DNA of 64,000 bases from NCBI GenBank assembly GCA_965200245.1, contig CBDATS010000004.1, positions 1,152,001 through 1,216,000 on the forward strand. The letters run 5' to 3'. A program made the position numbers and the translations under genes. Under the pieces are notes generated by a model that worked only from the letters and a program-made list of their open reading frames with translations, did no database searches and was not told the origin of the DNA. Positions 38,601 to 48,059 of this stretch are shown here, one piece after another (positions within the stretch are counted from its first letter, which is position 1; each line of letters starts with the position of its first letter). The stretch is from a bacterium (GTDB lineage: Bacteria > UBA8248).

Positions 38601-38990
38601 ATGGAAAAGAAGGTGATTCATACGGATAAGGCCGCAAGTGGCAAGGTTCCGCTCTCCCAGGCCATTCGGGTGGGAGAATGGCTCTACTGTTCAGGGCAGT
38701 TACCCCTTGATCCCGCGACGGGAGAACTGGTTCCCGGCGGTGTCCCCGAACAAACGCGCCGGGTCATCGAGAATCTCAAGGCCGTTTGCGAGGCGGGCGG
38801 CACCTCGCTTGAAAACGCCGTAAAGGTAACGATTTTCATGGAAGATCTGGCGGATTTGGGAGAAATGAACGCTGTGTTCGAGGAATACTTCGGGACGGAA
38901 ACCCCGCCGGCGCGGACGACATTTCAGGCGGCAAAAATCATCGCGGGCGCCAAGCTCGAAATCGAACTGCAGGCGTTCATCCCCCAGTAA
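38601..38990 (+). CDS. RidA/YjgF family protein
   Basis: SQAIRVG, SGQLPLDP and PPART. GGAGG RBS. Confidence 0.92.
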   Translation: MEKKVIHTDKAASGKVPLSQAIRVGEWLYCSGQLPLDPATGELVPGGVPEQTRRVIENLKAVCEAGGTSLENAVKVTIFMEDLADLGEMNAVFEEYFGTETPPARTTFQAAKIIAGAKLEIELQAFIPQ

Positions 38991-39017
38991 TCGCCCCAAG
39001 AACAAGAGGAGAATCCT

Positions 39018-39647
39018 TTGGCCACGAGAGCACCCTTGGTGGGTATCCTGATGGGTAGCGCATCGGATAAACCGGTGATGGAAGAAGCCGCGAAAATGCT
39101 CGAATCCTTCAACATTCCCTCCGAGATGAGAATCCTGTCGGCTCACCGAACACCTGACGCCGTGCACGAATACGTCAAAACGGCACCTGATCGCGGAATC
39201 CGGGTGCTGATCGCAGGCGCGGGCATGTCGGCGCACCTGGCGGGCGTTGTCGGAGCCGCTACGGACCTGCCCGTCATAGGTGTTCCACTCGATAGTTCCT
39301 CACTCGGAGGCCTGGATTCTCTGCTATCCACGGTGCAGATGCCTCCTGGAATCCCCGTGGCCACGATGGGCATAGGGGGTCCCGGCGCCAGGAACGCGGC
39401 ACTTCACACCGCTCGAATTCTCGCGTTGACGGATCAGAAACTGGCGAAAGAATACCGGCGTTTCGCACAACAGCAAACCGAGAAGGTACTGTCTGCAGAC
39501 GCCGCTCTCCAGAAGGAAATCGCTCCGGCACCCACCCCGGCGCAAAATGAAGGACCGGAACAATCGAAGGGCAACGAGAGAAAAAGTTTCGAGCAGAAAC
39601 CAAGACCCAAGCGGAGTCGAGCCAAGAGAACGTACCGGAAAAAGTAG
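39018..39647 (+). CDS. purE: N5-CAIR mutase with C-terminal extension
   Basis: MGSASD, SAHRTP, AGAGMSAHLAG and QMPPGIPVAT. Confidence 0.95.
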   Translation: MATRAPLVGILMGSASDKPVMEEAAKMLESFNIPSEMRILSAHRTPDAVHEYVKTAPDRGIRVLIAGAGMSAHLAGVVGAATDLPVIGVPLDSSSLGGLDSLLSTVQMPPGIPVATMGIGGPGARNAALHTARILALTDQKLAKEYRRFAQQQTEKVLSADAALQKEIAPAPTPAQNEGPEQSKGNERKSFEQKPRPKRSRAKRTYRKK

Positions 39648-39650
39648 ACA

Positions 39651-40301
39651 GTGAGCAGAATCCTGCCTGTAAACATCGATTCACCGGAAAAAGAAGCAAT
39701 TCTTCAGGCCGGCGAGAAACTGGTTTCGGGAAACATAGTCGCTTTGCCCACGGATACGATCTACGGGTTATGCGCCTACGCTTTCGACCACGAAGCCATC
39801 GAGAAACTCTATGCAGCCAAGGGGAGAACAGACTCGAAAGGCGCGCCCGTTCTAATCGGCTGTCGTTCCCAACTAAAAGGACTTGCCGTTGACTTCTCTC
39901 CGCATGCCGCATACCTGATGAATTCATTATGGCCTTCCGGGCTGACTCTTGTGCTGCCCGCCGCTCGCAACCTGTCTCCCCTGCTTACCGAAGGCGGGTC
40001 ATCCGTCGCCGTTCGCATGCCCGCTCAAGCGCTTTGCCGTATGCTGGCCATAAGGGTTGGCCCGTTCGTGGCGACGAGCGCGAACACACCCGGCGAACCG
40101 ACACTTCAATTCGCTCAGGAAATCTTCTCCAGATTCCAAAACAAAGTGGGACTGATCCTAGACGGCGGAAAACTGGACAATACCCAGCCTTCCACCGTCG
40201 TAGACGCCAGAGGAGAGAAGCCCAAGCTCCTGCGCGAAGGCAAGGTGGATTTCGACTCGGTGGTCCGCGCCTGGAATCAGGCCGGAAAACCCGCACCCTG
40301 A
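39651..40301 (+). CDS. tsaC: Threonylcarbamoyl-AMP synthase (TsaC/Sua5)
   Basis: PTDTIYGL, AKGR, AVRMP, TSAN and PSTVVD. Confidence 0.93.
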   Translation: MSRILPVNIDSPEKEAILQAGEKLVSGNIVALPTDTIYGLCAYAFDHEAIEKLYAAKGRTDSKGAPVLIGCRSQLKGLAVDFSPHAAYLMNSLWPSGLTLVLPAARNLSPLLTEGGSSVAVRMPAQALCRMLAIRVGPFVATSANTPGEPTLQFAQEIFSRFQNKVGLILDGGKLDNTQPSTVVDARGEKPKLLREGKVDFDSVVRAWNQAGKPAP

Positions 40302-40303
40302 AT

Positions 40304-40606
40304 TTATTCGGGTTCAGGCATATTCAGGACGATCCGTCCCTCTCCTTTGATGATACATTGACAGGCCAGGCGATATTCATCCGGGTTCCATCCATATGCA
40401 TCCAATGTATCTTTTTCGTCTTCTTGTTGTGAAGAAAGAAACTCGGCTCCGGAAATCACGATCACCTTGCAAGTCGAACAGGCGCAATTTCCGCCGCAAT
40501 CGCATGTATGTTCGACTCCATTCTCCAGGTCTGCATCCAGAATGGAATCCCCGATCTCAGTCTCATATTCGACATCGAGATTTTCATATCGAATAGTGCT
40601 CAACAA
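40304..40606 (-). CDS. 2Fe-2S ferredoxin (adrenodoxin/ISC type)
   Basis: CGGNCACSTC and RLACQC. Confidence 0.9.
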   Translation of the reverse strand: MLSTIRYENLDVEYETEIGDSILDADLENGVEHTCDCGGNCACSTCKVIVISGAEFLSSQQEDEKDTLDAYGWNPDEYRLACQCIIKGEGRIVLNMPEPE

Positions 40607-40778
40607 CCCACCTCCCTAAGAAATAACGATCCAAGAAGTTTCTACCGAACTTTTTCGTCAAGGGTTAAATCTATGTCTTTTTTCTCCTTTTCAACAAGTA
40701 CGTCCCACAATTTCAGGGGACTTGTTCTGAAACTGTCACAAGTACGAATACGGAAATTCACGACACACCGAAAATGCA

Positions 40779-41510
40779 CTAAACCACGCCTTTCGGGGGG
40801 AGCACCACCATCGATTCCGTCCATGCCCTGCGGGATTGAGAAAGCAGAAACTCCATGGCTTCCGCCACCAGATCAGGCGGAATCATCGCCTCAAAATCGA
40901 ACTCGCCCGGAATGGATTTCCACATATCCGTTGCGCAGGCACCGGGCCGGAGAATCGTGAGCCGTATTCCCTTTGGCCTTAACTCTTCCACCAATGCCTT
41001 GGATAGACCCTCAAGACCGGCCTTGGCGGCGCAATAAGCCGATGCCCCCGGAAAACCTGACACCGCGCTAAGCGAGGAGACATTGATTACATCGCCATTC
41101 GCAGCTTCCAGCATGGGACAAAACACCTGAGTCAACATGAAAGGAGCTGTGAGGCACACCGAGATCGTAGCATTGAACTCATCCACCGAGAGGTTTTCGA
41201 TATCTTTGAAAACACCCGAGCCCGCATTGTTTATGAGCGCATCCACGCCTCCGAGACGTTTCTCGGCTATTTCGGCAAGCGCTCCCACTTCATCTTCTTT
41301 GGTTACATCGCAACTGTGCGGAAAAATCTGTCCCACGCATCCTTTTGAATCAAAAGCCAATTTCGCCAAGGCGTCGGCATCCCTCGATACGGCAAGCACT
41401 TTCGCTCCCGCTTTTGCAAGGCGGAGCGCACTCACTCGACCAATCCCACGAGAAGCCCCGGTGAGAACAATGCGTCTTTTCTCGAGATTTCTCGGTTCAC
41501 CTAACGCCAT
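40779..41510 (-). CDS. Short-chain dehydrogenase/reductase
   Basis: TGASRGIG, NNAG and YCAAK. Overlaps the PTPS stop. Confidence 0.92.
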   Translation of the reverse strand: MALGEPRNLEKRRIVLTGASRGIGRVSALRLAKAGAKVLAVSRDADALAKLAFDSKGCVGQIFPHSCDVTKEDEVGALAEIAEKRLGGVDALINNAGSGVFKDIENLSVDEFNATISVCLTAPFMLTQVFCPMLEAANGDVINVSSLSAVSGFPGASAYCAAKAGLEGLSKALVEELRPKGIRLTILRPGACATDMWKSIPGEFDFEAMIPPDLVAEAMEFLLSQSRRAWTESMVVLPPKGVV

Positions 41511-41925
41511 CGGGATTTTCTCCATGATAATCCACGAAATTCCGCTCGTTTTCATACAAACGAACGCGAAAAAGAATTTCCGGGTCGATATACTCCACCA
41601 AGCATTCCCAAATGGAAATCGCGATGTTCTCCGCTGTCGGGATGCGGTTCTTCATGAACTCCGCCGCGTCTTCATTCAAATTCCTGTGATCAAGCGCTTC
41701 TACGATTTCCTCTCTCATGACCTTTTTCAAGTCGGCGAGATTATATGCCATCCCTGTTTCACGATTCACGGGGCCACGCAGGGTTACTTCAAAAACATAA
41801 TTATGTCCATGATAGTGTGGGTTGGCACATTTTCCGTACACGGCCACATTTCGTTGATCGCTCCAGTCGGGCCGATACAATCGATGTGCAGCGGAAAATT
41901 CCTCTCGCCTGGTTATCTCGATCAT
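41497..41925 (-). CDS. 6-pyruvoyl-tetrahydropterin synthase family, C-x5-HGH (PTPS-II) type
   Basis: FSAAHRL, GKCANPHYHGHNY, DHRNLN, TAENIA and LYENERN. Confidence 0.9.
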   Translation of the reverse strand: MIEITRREEFSAAHRLYRPDWSDQRNVAVYGKCANPHYHGHNYVFEVTLRGPVNRETGMAYNLADLKKVMREEIVEALDHRNLNEDAAEFMKNRIPTAENIAISIWECLVEYIDPEILFRVRLYENERNFVDYHGENPDGVR

Positions 41926-41942
41926 CTGTCCTTCACCTACGC

Positions 41943-43142
41943 CTAAAGCGGGTCGATAACCGGAATCTCTGTATCCAGCATATCTGCATATTTCAAGCCT
42001 GTTGCCGTATTGAACGTCACGATTCGTTCATCACACCCGATGTCACCCCGCTCGAGCAGAAATTCCAGGGCAGCGATACAGGCACCACCTTCCGGACAAA
42101 TCAGAATCCCCTCGGAAGCACCCACTTTTCTCTGCGCTTCGAACATCATTTCGTCGGAGACGGCAATTGCCGTGCCACCGCTTTCCCGAATAGCACGAAG
42201 GCACAGGAAATCCGCCAGGACCTTGGGCGCACGCAAGCCGGATACCTTTGTCGTCGGGTTATCCCAAAGGGATGAGACATCTTCGCCGTTTTCGTACGCC
42301 CGTACGAGCGGAGCGCAACCTTCGGCCTGAACACAAATCATGCGCGGTCTTTTTTCGCCTATCCATCCCAGTGCCTCTAGCTCGCCGAAGGCGCGCCACA
42401 TCGCCACCAATCCCGTCCCGCCGCCGGTGGGATACATGATCACATCAGGAACATCGCCGCAGAGCTGCTCGGCGAGTTCATAAGCCATCGTCTTCTTGCC
42501 TTCGGCCCGGTACGGCTCCTTGAACGTGGACAACTCGAACCAACCTTCCGCCGGAGTTCTTTGAGTTACGATTTCCGCACAATGATGTATGTAGCCACGA
42601 ACAACGGTGACATTGGCCCCGGATAATACAAATTCCACCTTATGCACACCGGGTGCCTTTTCCGGGACATAGACATGCGCCCTCATTCCCGCCCGCGATG
42701 CGTAAGCGGCCGCCGCCGCTCCTGCGTTGCCGGCCGTAGGGATGGCGATTTTGTCCACTCCAAGATGACACGCCATCGTAATCGCGACGGACAACCCCCT
42801 GGCCTTGAAACTGCCGGTCGGATTCAGGCCTTCGTCCTTCACAAAAAGGTTCGAGAATCCCAATATCTTTCCGAGCCGTGACGCCTTCAGCAGGGGCGTC
42901 ATGCCCTCGCCCAGTGTAACGATTGAACCCTCATCAGGAGCCGGAAGCATTTCATGATAACGCCACATCGAATGGACGCGGTTCGCCATGTTCCTGACAT
43001 CCAGGGTTCGTGCGGCGGTTTCAATGTCAAATCGCGCCATCAACGGGGCACCACAAGGACTCAGGTTCATCAAACTGCCGGGTGCAAACTGCTCTCCCGT
43101 CCTTGAACACTCAAGTCCTATGAATGCAGAAAAAGAATTCAT
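41943..43142 (-). CDS. thrC: Threonine synthase-like PLP enzyme
   Basis: TLGEGMTPL, NPTGSFKARG, EGKKTM and PTGGG. Confidence 0.85.
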   Translation of the reverse strand: MNSFSAFIGLECSRTGEQFAPGSLMNLSPCGAPLMARFDIETAARTLDVRNMANRVHSMWRYHEMLPAPDEGSIVTLGEGMTPLLKASRLGKILGFSNLFVKDEGLNPTGSFKARGLSVAITMACHLGVDKIAIPTAGNAGAAAAAYASRAGMRAHVYVPEKAPGVHKVEFVLSGANVTVVRGYIHHCAEIVTQRTPAEGWFELSTFKEPYRAEGKKTMAYELAEQLCGDVPDVIMYPTGGGTGLVAMWRAFGELEALGWIGEKRPRMICVQAEGCAPLVRAYENGEDVSSLWDNPTTKVSGLRAPKVLADFLCLRAIRESGGTAIAVSDEMMFEAQRKVGASEGILICPEGGACIAALEFLLERGDIGCDERIVTFNTATGLKYADMLDTEIPVIDPL

Positions 43143-43263
43143 CTTGACATCTCATTTATGAAATTTTCATTTTCGATATTGTTGCTTCAAATGCACTTTG
43201 GTACCTTTGCCTAGATTCCCGTAACGATATCGTCATCATCGCTGCCCCCGCAAGGAGAAACCA

Positions 43264-44139
43264 ATGGCACGCAGTGTAAAGGCATTGCCGGGTCCGGCCA
43301 AAACCCATGGATTCGTTCAGGTCGCAGAAGGCGTACATGCCTTTACCGGAGGAGATGGAGCGACGAACTTTGGCCTTGTGCTGACGGACGAAAAACCCGT
43401 CATCATCGACAACGACATCCGGGTGCGAAAAGCCTTTCTCTCCGGCATGAAGGAAATCACCCGGAAATCGCCGGGAATGGTGTTGAACACCCACCATAAT
43501 TTCGATCACACTTCCGACAACGGTTATTACCACAATCGAGGGGCGATTTCCGTCGGCGAGGAGAGTGTGCGCCTGGAAATGGAACGCGAAGAGAATGAGG
43601 GCATCTGGGTAAAGCAAATGGCGGGCAGGCCGCAAAAAGTGGAGCACCTGATTGGCAAGCTGCACATCGCGCCACCCATGGTGACGTTTCGGGACAGGAT
43701 TTCCGTCCGATACGGCGGGCGTTTGTTCGAGATGGTACACATCGGGCATTGCCATACAAAAGGAGACACCGTCGTCTGGATGCCGGAAGAGAAAATACTG
43801 TTCACGGGGGATCTGCTCGACTACAGGACACACCCGGTGGCAAGACTGGGAAATTTCGGCAACTGGATAGATGCAATCCGGAAACTCAGGAAATTTCCCG
43901 CCAGGTTCCTCATTCCCGGCCATGGGCCCATTCCCACTCAGCCGACCTCAAAAGTATGGGATGAATTCAGGGGCTATATGACGAAACTGCGTTCGCGCAC
44001 AACTGCCGCTCTCGAAAAACACAAGACACCGGCGAAGGCGGCTCCAAACGTTCACATGGATGAGTATCGCAATTGGCTTCGCTCGAACCTCGTGCCGCAG
44101 AACGCACTATTGATGGCCAGAGAATTGAGAAAAAAATAA
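43264..44139 (+). CDS. Metallo-beta-lactamase fold hydrolase (cyclase-like)
   Basis: THHNFDH, HTKGD, FTGD and PGHG. Confidence 0.9.
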   Translation: MARSVKALPGPAKTHGFVQVAEGVHAFTGGDGATNFGLVLTDEKPVIIDNDIRVRKAFLSGMKEITRKSPGMVLNTHHNFDHTSDNGYYHNRGAISVGEESVRLEMEREENEGIWVKQMAGRPQKVEHLIGKLHIAPPMVTFRDRISVRYGGRLFEMVHIGHCHTKGDTVVWMPEEKILFTGDLLDYRTHPVARLGNFGNWIDAIRKLRKFPARFLIPGHGPIPTQPTSKVWDEFRGYMTKLRSRTTAALEKHKTPAKAAPNVHMDEYRNWLRSNLVPQNALLMARELRKK

Positions 44140-44508
44140 TGAGACCTTCACGCTCATTGCCCACTCTTTTGGCGGCGTTTCTCCTGTGACCCTTCTCCCT
44201 GTTCGTTCCGTGCACGAAATTTCCGGTTTTCCTCGTGGCATATAACGACGCATGGACCCCAAGGCGCTTGAGGAATTCACAGGATGGATCCGCCACTGAA
44301 CCTGCTCCTGAGCGGATGACACGGAAATGGATTCCTCCGAAACACGCAGCCCAAAGAGACCCTGTTCCGGCGAATCCTCTCATTTCTCGCCGGGCAGGCA
44401 TCCCCGTAACTTCCGGTTTTTCGCCAAGTCGTGCGCAGTGAATATTTTTGATAGACTCAAGCGGAATGAACGCTGTTTGAACAGGGATTCCAAAAGAGGA
44501 GATTTCAC

Positions 44509-45078
44509 ATGGCCGTAATCACCATTTCTCGTCAATACGGTACCGGTGGAATTTTCATAGCGCGTCAGCTCGCGGACAAACTGGGCTATGCGTTTCTGGG
44601 GCGAGACGAACTCGTGGAAACCTGCAAAGATCGAGGCCTGTCTCTGGACTTGGAAAAAATTGAAGGCCGGGCCCCGACAATCCTGGAACGCACCTTCGGC
44701 GTCAGGCGAGACAGCTTGCGCGGGGTTTTGTCCGACAGCATGAACGAAGCCGCCGATAAGGGAAACGCCGTTATCGGTGGGTGGGGAGGACAAGTACTTC
44801 TCAGGGACCGACAAGATGCGCTGCATCTTCGAATCGTCGGTAGCATGGAAGCCCGAGTCAGACACTTCATGGAATCATCCGGCGTCACGAGAACAGCATC
44901 GGAAGAAACCATCAAGAGATCAGATCGAGATCAGGGTTTGTTTTCCCAGTTCTTTTTCAATGTCGATTTCGCCGATTCAACCCTTTATCACGCCACATTG
45001 AACATCGAACAAACATCAACCGGTGACATGATTTCCATCATCGAATCGATGATTTCAGAAAAAGAAAAGGCGGCCTGA
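44509..45078 (+). CDS. Cytidylate kinase-like family protein
   Basis: ITISRQYGTGG and SDRDQ. GAGGAG RBS. Confidence 0.85.
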   Translation: MAVITISRQYGTGGIFIARQLADKLGYAFLGRDELVETCKDRGLSLDLEKIEGRAPTILERTFGVRRDSLRGVLSDSMNEAADKGNAVIGGWGGQVLLRDRQDALHLRIVGSMEARVRHFMESSGVTRTASEETIKRSDRDQGLFSQFFFNVDFADSTLYHATLNIEQTSTGDMISIIESMISEKEKAA

Positions 45079-45195
45079 CAAGAGGCCAATGAGCCATTTT
45101 TGACCTTCAGCCTGCCCGGAGGGTTTTGAACTTCCCGGTCCGCATACATCACTGCATTCCACAGATACAGTAATTCTTGAACGTCTTTTCGGAAA

Positions 45196-46431
45196 TCATC
45201 CCTTCTTGTATCTTGCTTGCGCAGACGCCGCCGCCACAACGACAATCGATAGCAATTGAACAACCATCACCAGAACAAACGCCCAGTAATAGCTTTTCCA
45301 GAAATCAAAAAACAATCCGGCGAGCCAGGGGCCCACGGCCGAGGCCAGTCCCCCTCCCATTTGACTGAAGCCAAGGATTCGCCCAAAACTCTTTCCTGAA
45401 AAAATATCCGCCTTGATCGATACGAAAATCGCACCTCGGGCTCCGGCTCCGACGCCATAGACCAGAACATAGGTATATGCCAGCCAAGCACGGTTTTCAG
45501 ATAAATTCATCAGTAAAAAAACTCCCGAGATCGCGACCAGGCTGAGAAGGTAAAACGTTCGGGTGCGACCGATTCTGTCCCCTATCCAGCCCCCCAGGAT
45601 ACCTCCAAGCGCTCTGACTACAGCCAGGCCCCCGATGAGTGAAGCGGCTTTCATGGTACTCATGCCGATATCAACCATGTGCGCGGCCTGATGCACGCCG
45701 ATTACGCTGAAGCCTATCCCGTTGAATATCCCTGCCAGAAACAAGAGCCAAAAAACCCAATCGGACAAGGCTTCTTTCAAGGTCCAGTTCGCGTTGCGAC
45801 CCTCTTTGGTCTTTCTTGTCGATGTATCGGTGCGGCTGCGGTGCAGAGACGCATTCAGGGGGACCAGCAAGACGACGACGCCAATCGCCAGCAAAACATA
45901 GGCCGAGCGCCATCCAAACGCCGCAATCATATAGGCTGAGAACGGAACCATGAAGATCCCGCCGCAACTCCTTCCCGACAAGGAGATCCCCATCGCTACG
46001 GAACGGCGTTGCGTAAACCATTGACTGATGATGGTGCTTGTTGGAATAAACCCGAACATCGTGACACCTAGTGCTACGATGCCCCCATAGAAAAGATACA
46101 GGCTGGACAAACTCGAGACCATTGACATCAAGACAAGGCCGATGCCCAGAATCGTGATTCCCGTGGGGATGATCACTCTCGGTCCCCAACGATCCACCAT
46201 TGCGCCGATGAAGCCTGCGGAAATCGCAAAAGTGGCCATGGAAAAAGAAAACGCCAAGGCGGTGTCCGCGCGGGACCAGCCGAACTCTTCAAGAAAAGCC
46301 ACATAAAAGACAGGAAAGGTTCCGACGACAGAACCCCCGATAGCCATGGTAGTGAAGGTGACGCCAACTATTACCCAGCCATAATAGCGGCTTGAATTCT
46401 CACTGGCCTTTTCCGAGAAATAAGGCATCAT
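45196..46431 (-). CDS. MFS transporter
   Basis: YYGWVIV, EEFGWSR, VDRWGPR and GDRIGR. Confidence 0.92.
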   Translation of the reverse strand: MMPYFSEKASENSSRYYGWVIVGVTFTTMAIGGSVVGTFPVFYVAFLEEFGWSRADTALAFSFSMATFAISAGFIGAMVDRWGPRVIIPTGITILGIGLVLMSMVSSLSSLYLFYGGIVALGVTMFGFIPTSTIISQWFTQRRSVAMGISLSGRSCGGIFMVPFSAYMIAAFGWRSAYVLLAIGVVVLLVPLNASLHRSRTDTSTRKTKEGRNANWTLKEALSDWVFWLLFLAGIFNGIGFSVIGVHQAAHMVDIGMSTMKAASLIGGLAVVRALGGILGGWIGDRIGRTRTFYLLSLVAISGVFLLMNLSENRAWLAYTYVLVYGVGAGARGAIFVSIKADIFSGKSFGRILGFSQMGGGLASAVGPWLAGLFFDFWKSYYWAFVLVMVVQLLSIVVVAAASAQARYKKG

Positions 46432-46565
46432 TCCACTGAATCCGCAACGAAAAATACGAGCGCCCCTAAAGTAGAGGCGCTCTGGAAACAACGACTCCTG
46501 AAAGTATCTTATGCAAAGACTCTGGCCACTCCGAAAGGAAATCTTGAGCAACGGCGAATAGACGT

Positions 46566-47720
46566 TCAGACACGCATGGGCATCACGACATACGTATAAC
46601 CCTCCGAGTCTTTTGGAGAGAACACTCCAGGGCTCAGTGAATCCTTTAGTTCCATGCTGATCTGCTCTTCGTCCAGTATGGAAAGCACCTCGATGCAATA
46701 CCTTGAATTGAATCCAATCGTGATATCAGTCTGCGCATTCGATTCTATGATTTCTTCGGCTTCCCCCGCTTCCGAGCCGTTCGTCGTCAACCTCAACTGG
46801 CCTTGGGAAAACTCGAATTTCACCATGCGTGTTTCGTTCGTAAAAAGTGAAACGCGCCTGAGTGCCTGTGTCAGACCTTCACGGTTCATCGTGATGGAAT
46901 GTTCATTGTCCGGTATTACCTGCCTGTATTTCGGGAATTCCCCGTCTATCAACCGGGCCGACAACGCAATATCTTCCAATTGAAAAATGATGTGATTTGG
47001 TATGAGAGAGGCGGACCCTTCACCTCCCGAAAGAGTCAATCCCTGGCCGCTTGGGACATGCGTGAGCGAAACGGAGACATCGCCCTCTACGCCCTGCAAG
47101 AGCCTCACGAGTTCCCCCAGGGCTTTTTTGTGAACGATGACCCCTTCAGCCAGAGTCAACCCCTCGCTGGGGCGCTCTATCATCGCCAGGCGATGACCGT
47201 CCGTAGCGACGAGACGCAGGATGTCGGCATCAGTCTCCATGTAAACGCCATTATAGGTATAGCGTGTCTCGTCCTGAGAAATTGCAAACATCGTCTTTCG
47301 AATCATTTCCGATAGAACAGAAGCGGAAATCGTCTGCGCCTGTGGTTCTTTCGACTCCGGAAGCGCGGGAAACTCCGAAGGCGGCAATCCGGGAAAACGG
47401 AACCTTGATCGCTCACAACGCATTTCAATCCATTGCCCATCCTGTTCCGAGAAGCGGACTTCCGCCTCTGGAAGTTCCCGGACGATATCAAATAATTTCC
47501 TTGCATTCAGGGTGACTTTACCCGCCTTCCCTATCTCGGCCTTGAAGATTCCCCGCATGCTTATATCAAGATTCGTGCCCAGCAAGTGGATATTGTTCTT
47601 CCCCTCGGTCTCGACAAGCACGTTTTGCAGTATCGGCATTGCGCTGCTTCTGTTTTCAACGACACCCTGTATCGTCTGCAAGGCCCTGAGCAGCGTTTCC
47701 CTCGAAATGGTTAATTCCAC
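46566..47720 (-). CDS. dnaN: DNA polymerase III beta sliding clamp
   Basis: MPILQNV, VATDGHRLA, LIDGEFPKY and VVMPMR. AAGGAG RBS with GTG start. Confidence 0.96.
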   Translation of the reverse strand: MELTISRETLLRALQTIQGVVENRSSAMPILQNVLVETEGKNNIHLLGTNLDISMRGIFKAEIGKAGKVTLNARKLFDIVRELPEAEVRFSEQDGQWIEMRCERSRFRFPGLPPSEFPALPESKEPQAQTISASVLSEMIRKTMFAISQDETRYTYNGVYMETDADILRLVATDGHRLAMIERPSEGLTLAEGVIVHKKALGELVRLLQGVEGDVSVSLTHVPSGQGLTLSGGEGSASLIPNHIIFQLEDIALSARLIDGEFPKYRQVIPDNEHSITMNREGLTQALRRVSLFTNETRMVKFEFSQGQLRLTTNGSEAGEAEEIIESNAQTDITIGFNSRYCIEVLSILDEEQISMELKDSLSPGVFSPKDSEGYTYVVMPMRV

Positions 47721-48059
47721 GGCACGGACTCCTTGTAGTGAACGGAACCTTCCGCATCTTCAAGCGGACATCGTCTCTTTAAGAATCTGATAATAACAGA
47801 TTTAGCGTCATTCAGGCATTCTCTCCATATAAACCAAAGGCGGGGGGCGGGGCAAGGGGGCACATTTTCAGGAATCCGTGCCTTACCGCCGGGTTACACC
47901 CGACTTGACGCAGGCCAGATTCCCTGCTTTCCCTCAACTGCGAGAATGCTTCCAGGTTGATCCAGGTGTGGAATTCGTGTGGAGATTCTTGAATCGTCAA
48001 CCTGAAATGCTAATATGCGAATCTCGTTTGCATGGAGGCTTTTCAGCAATCTCTACGTC

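Noticed and set aside
40642-40824. 60-aa ORF between the SDR and ferredoxin
   Set aside because: It overlaps the SDR end, has no motif or clear RBS, and is more likely the ferredoxin upstream region.
47721-48059. oriC upstream of dnaN
   Set aside because: There are no good TTATCCACA boxes, no long AT-rich unwinding element and no evident skew change.
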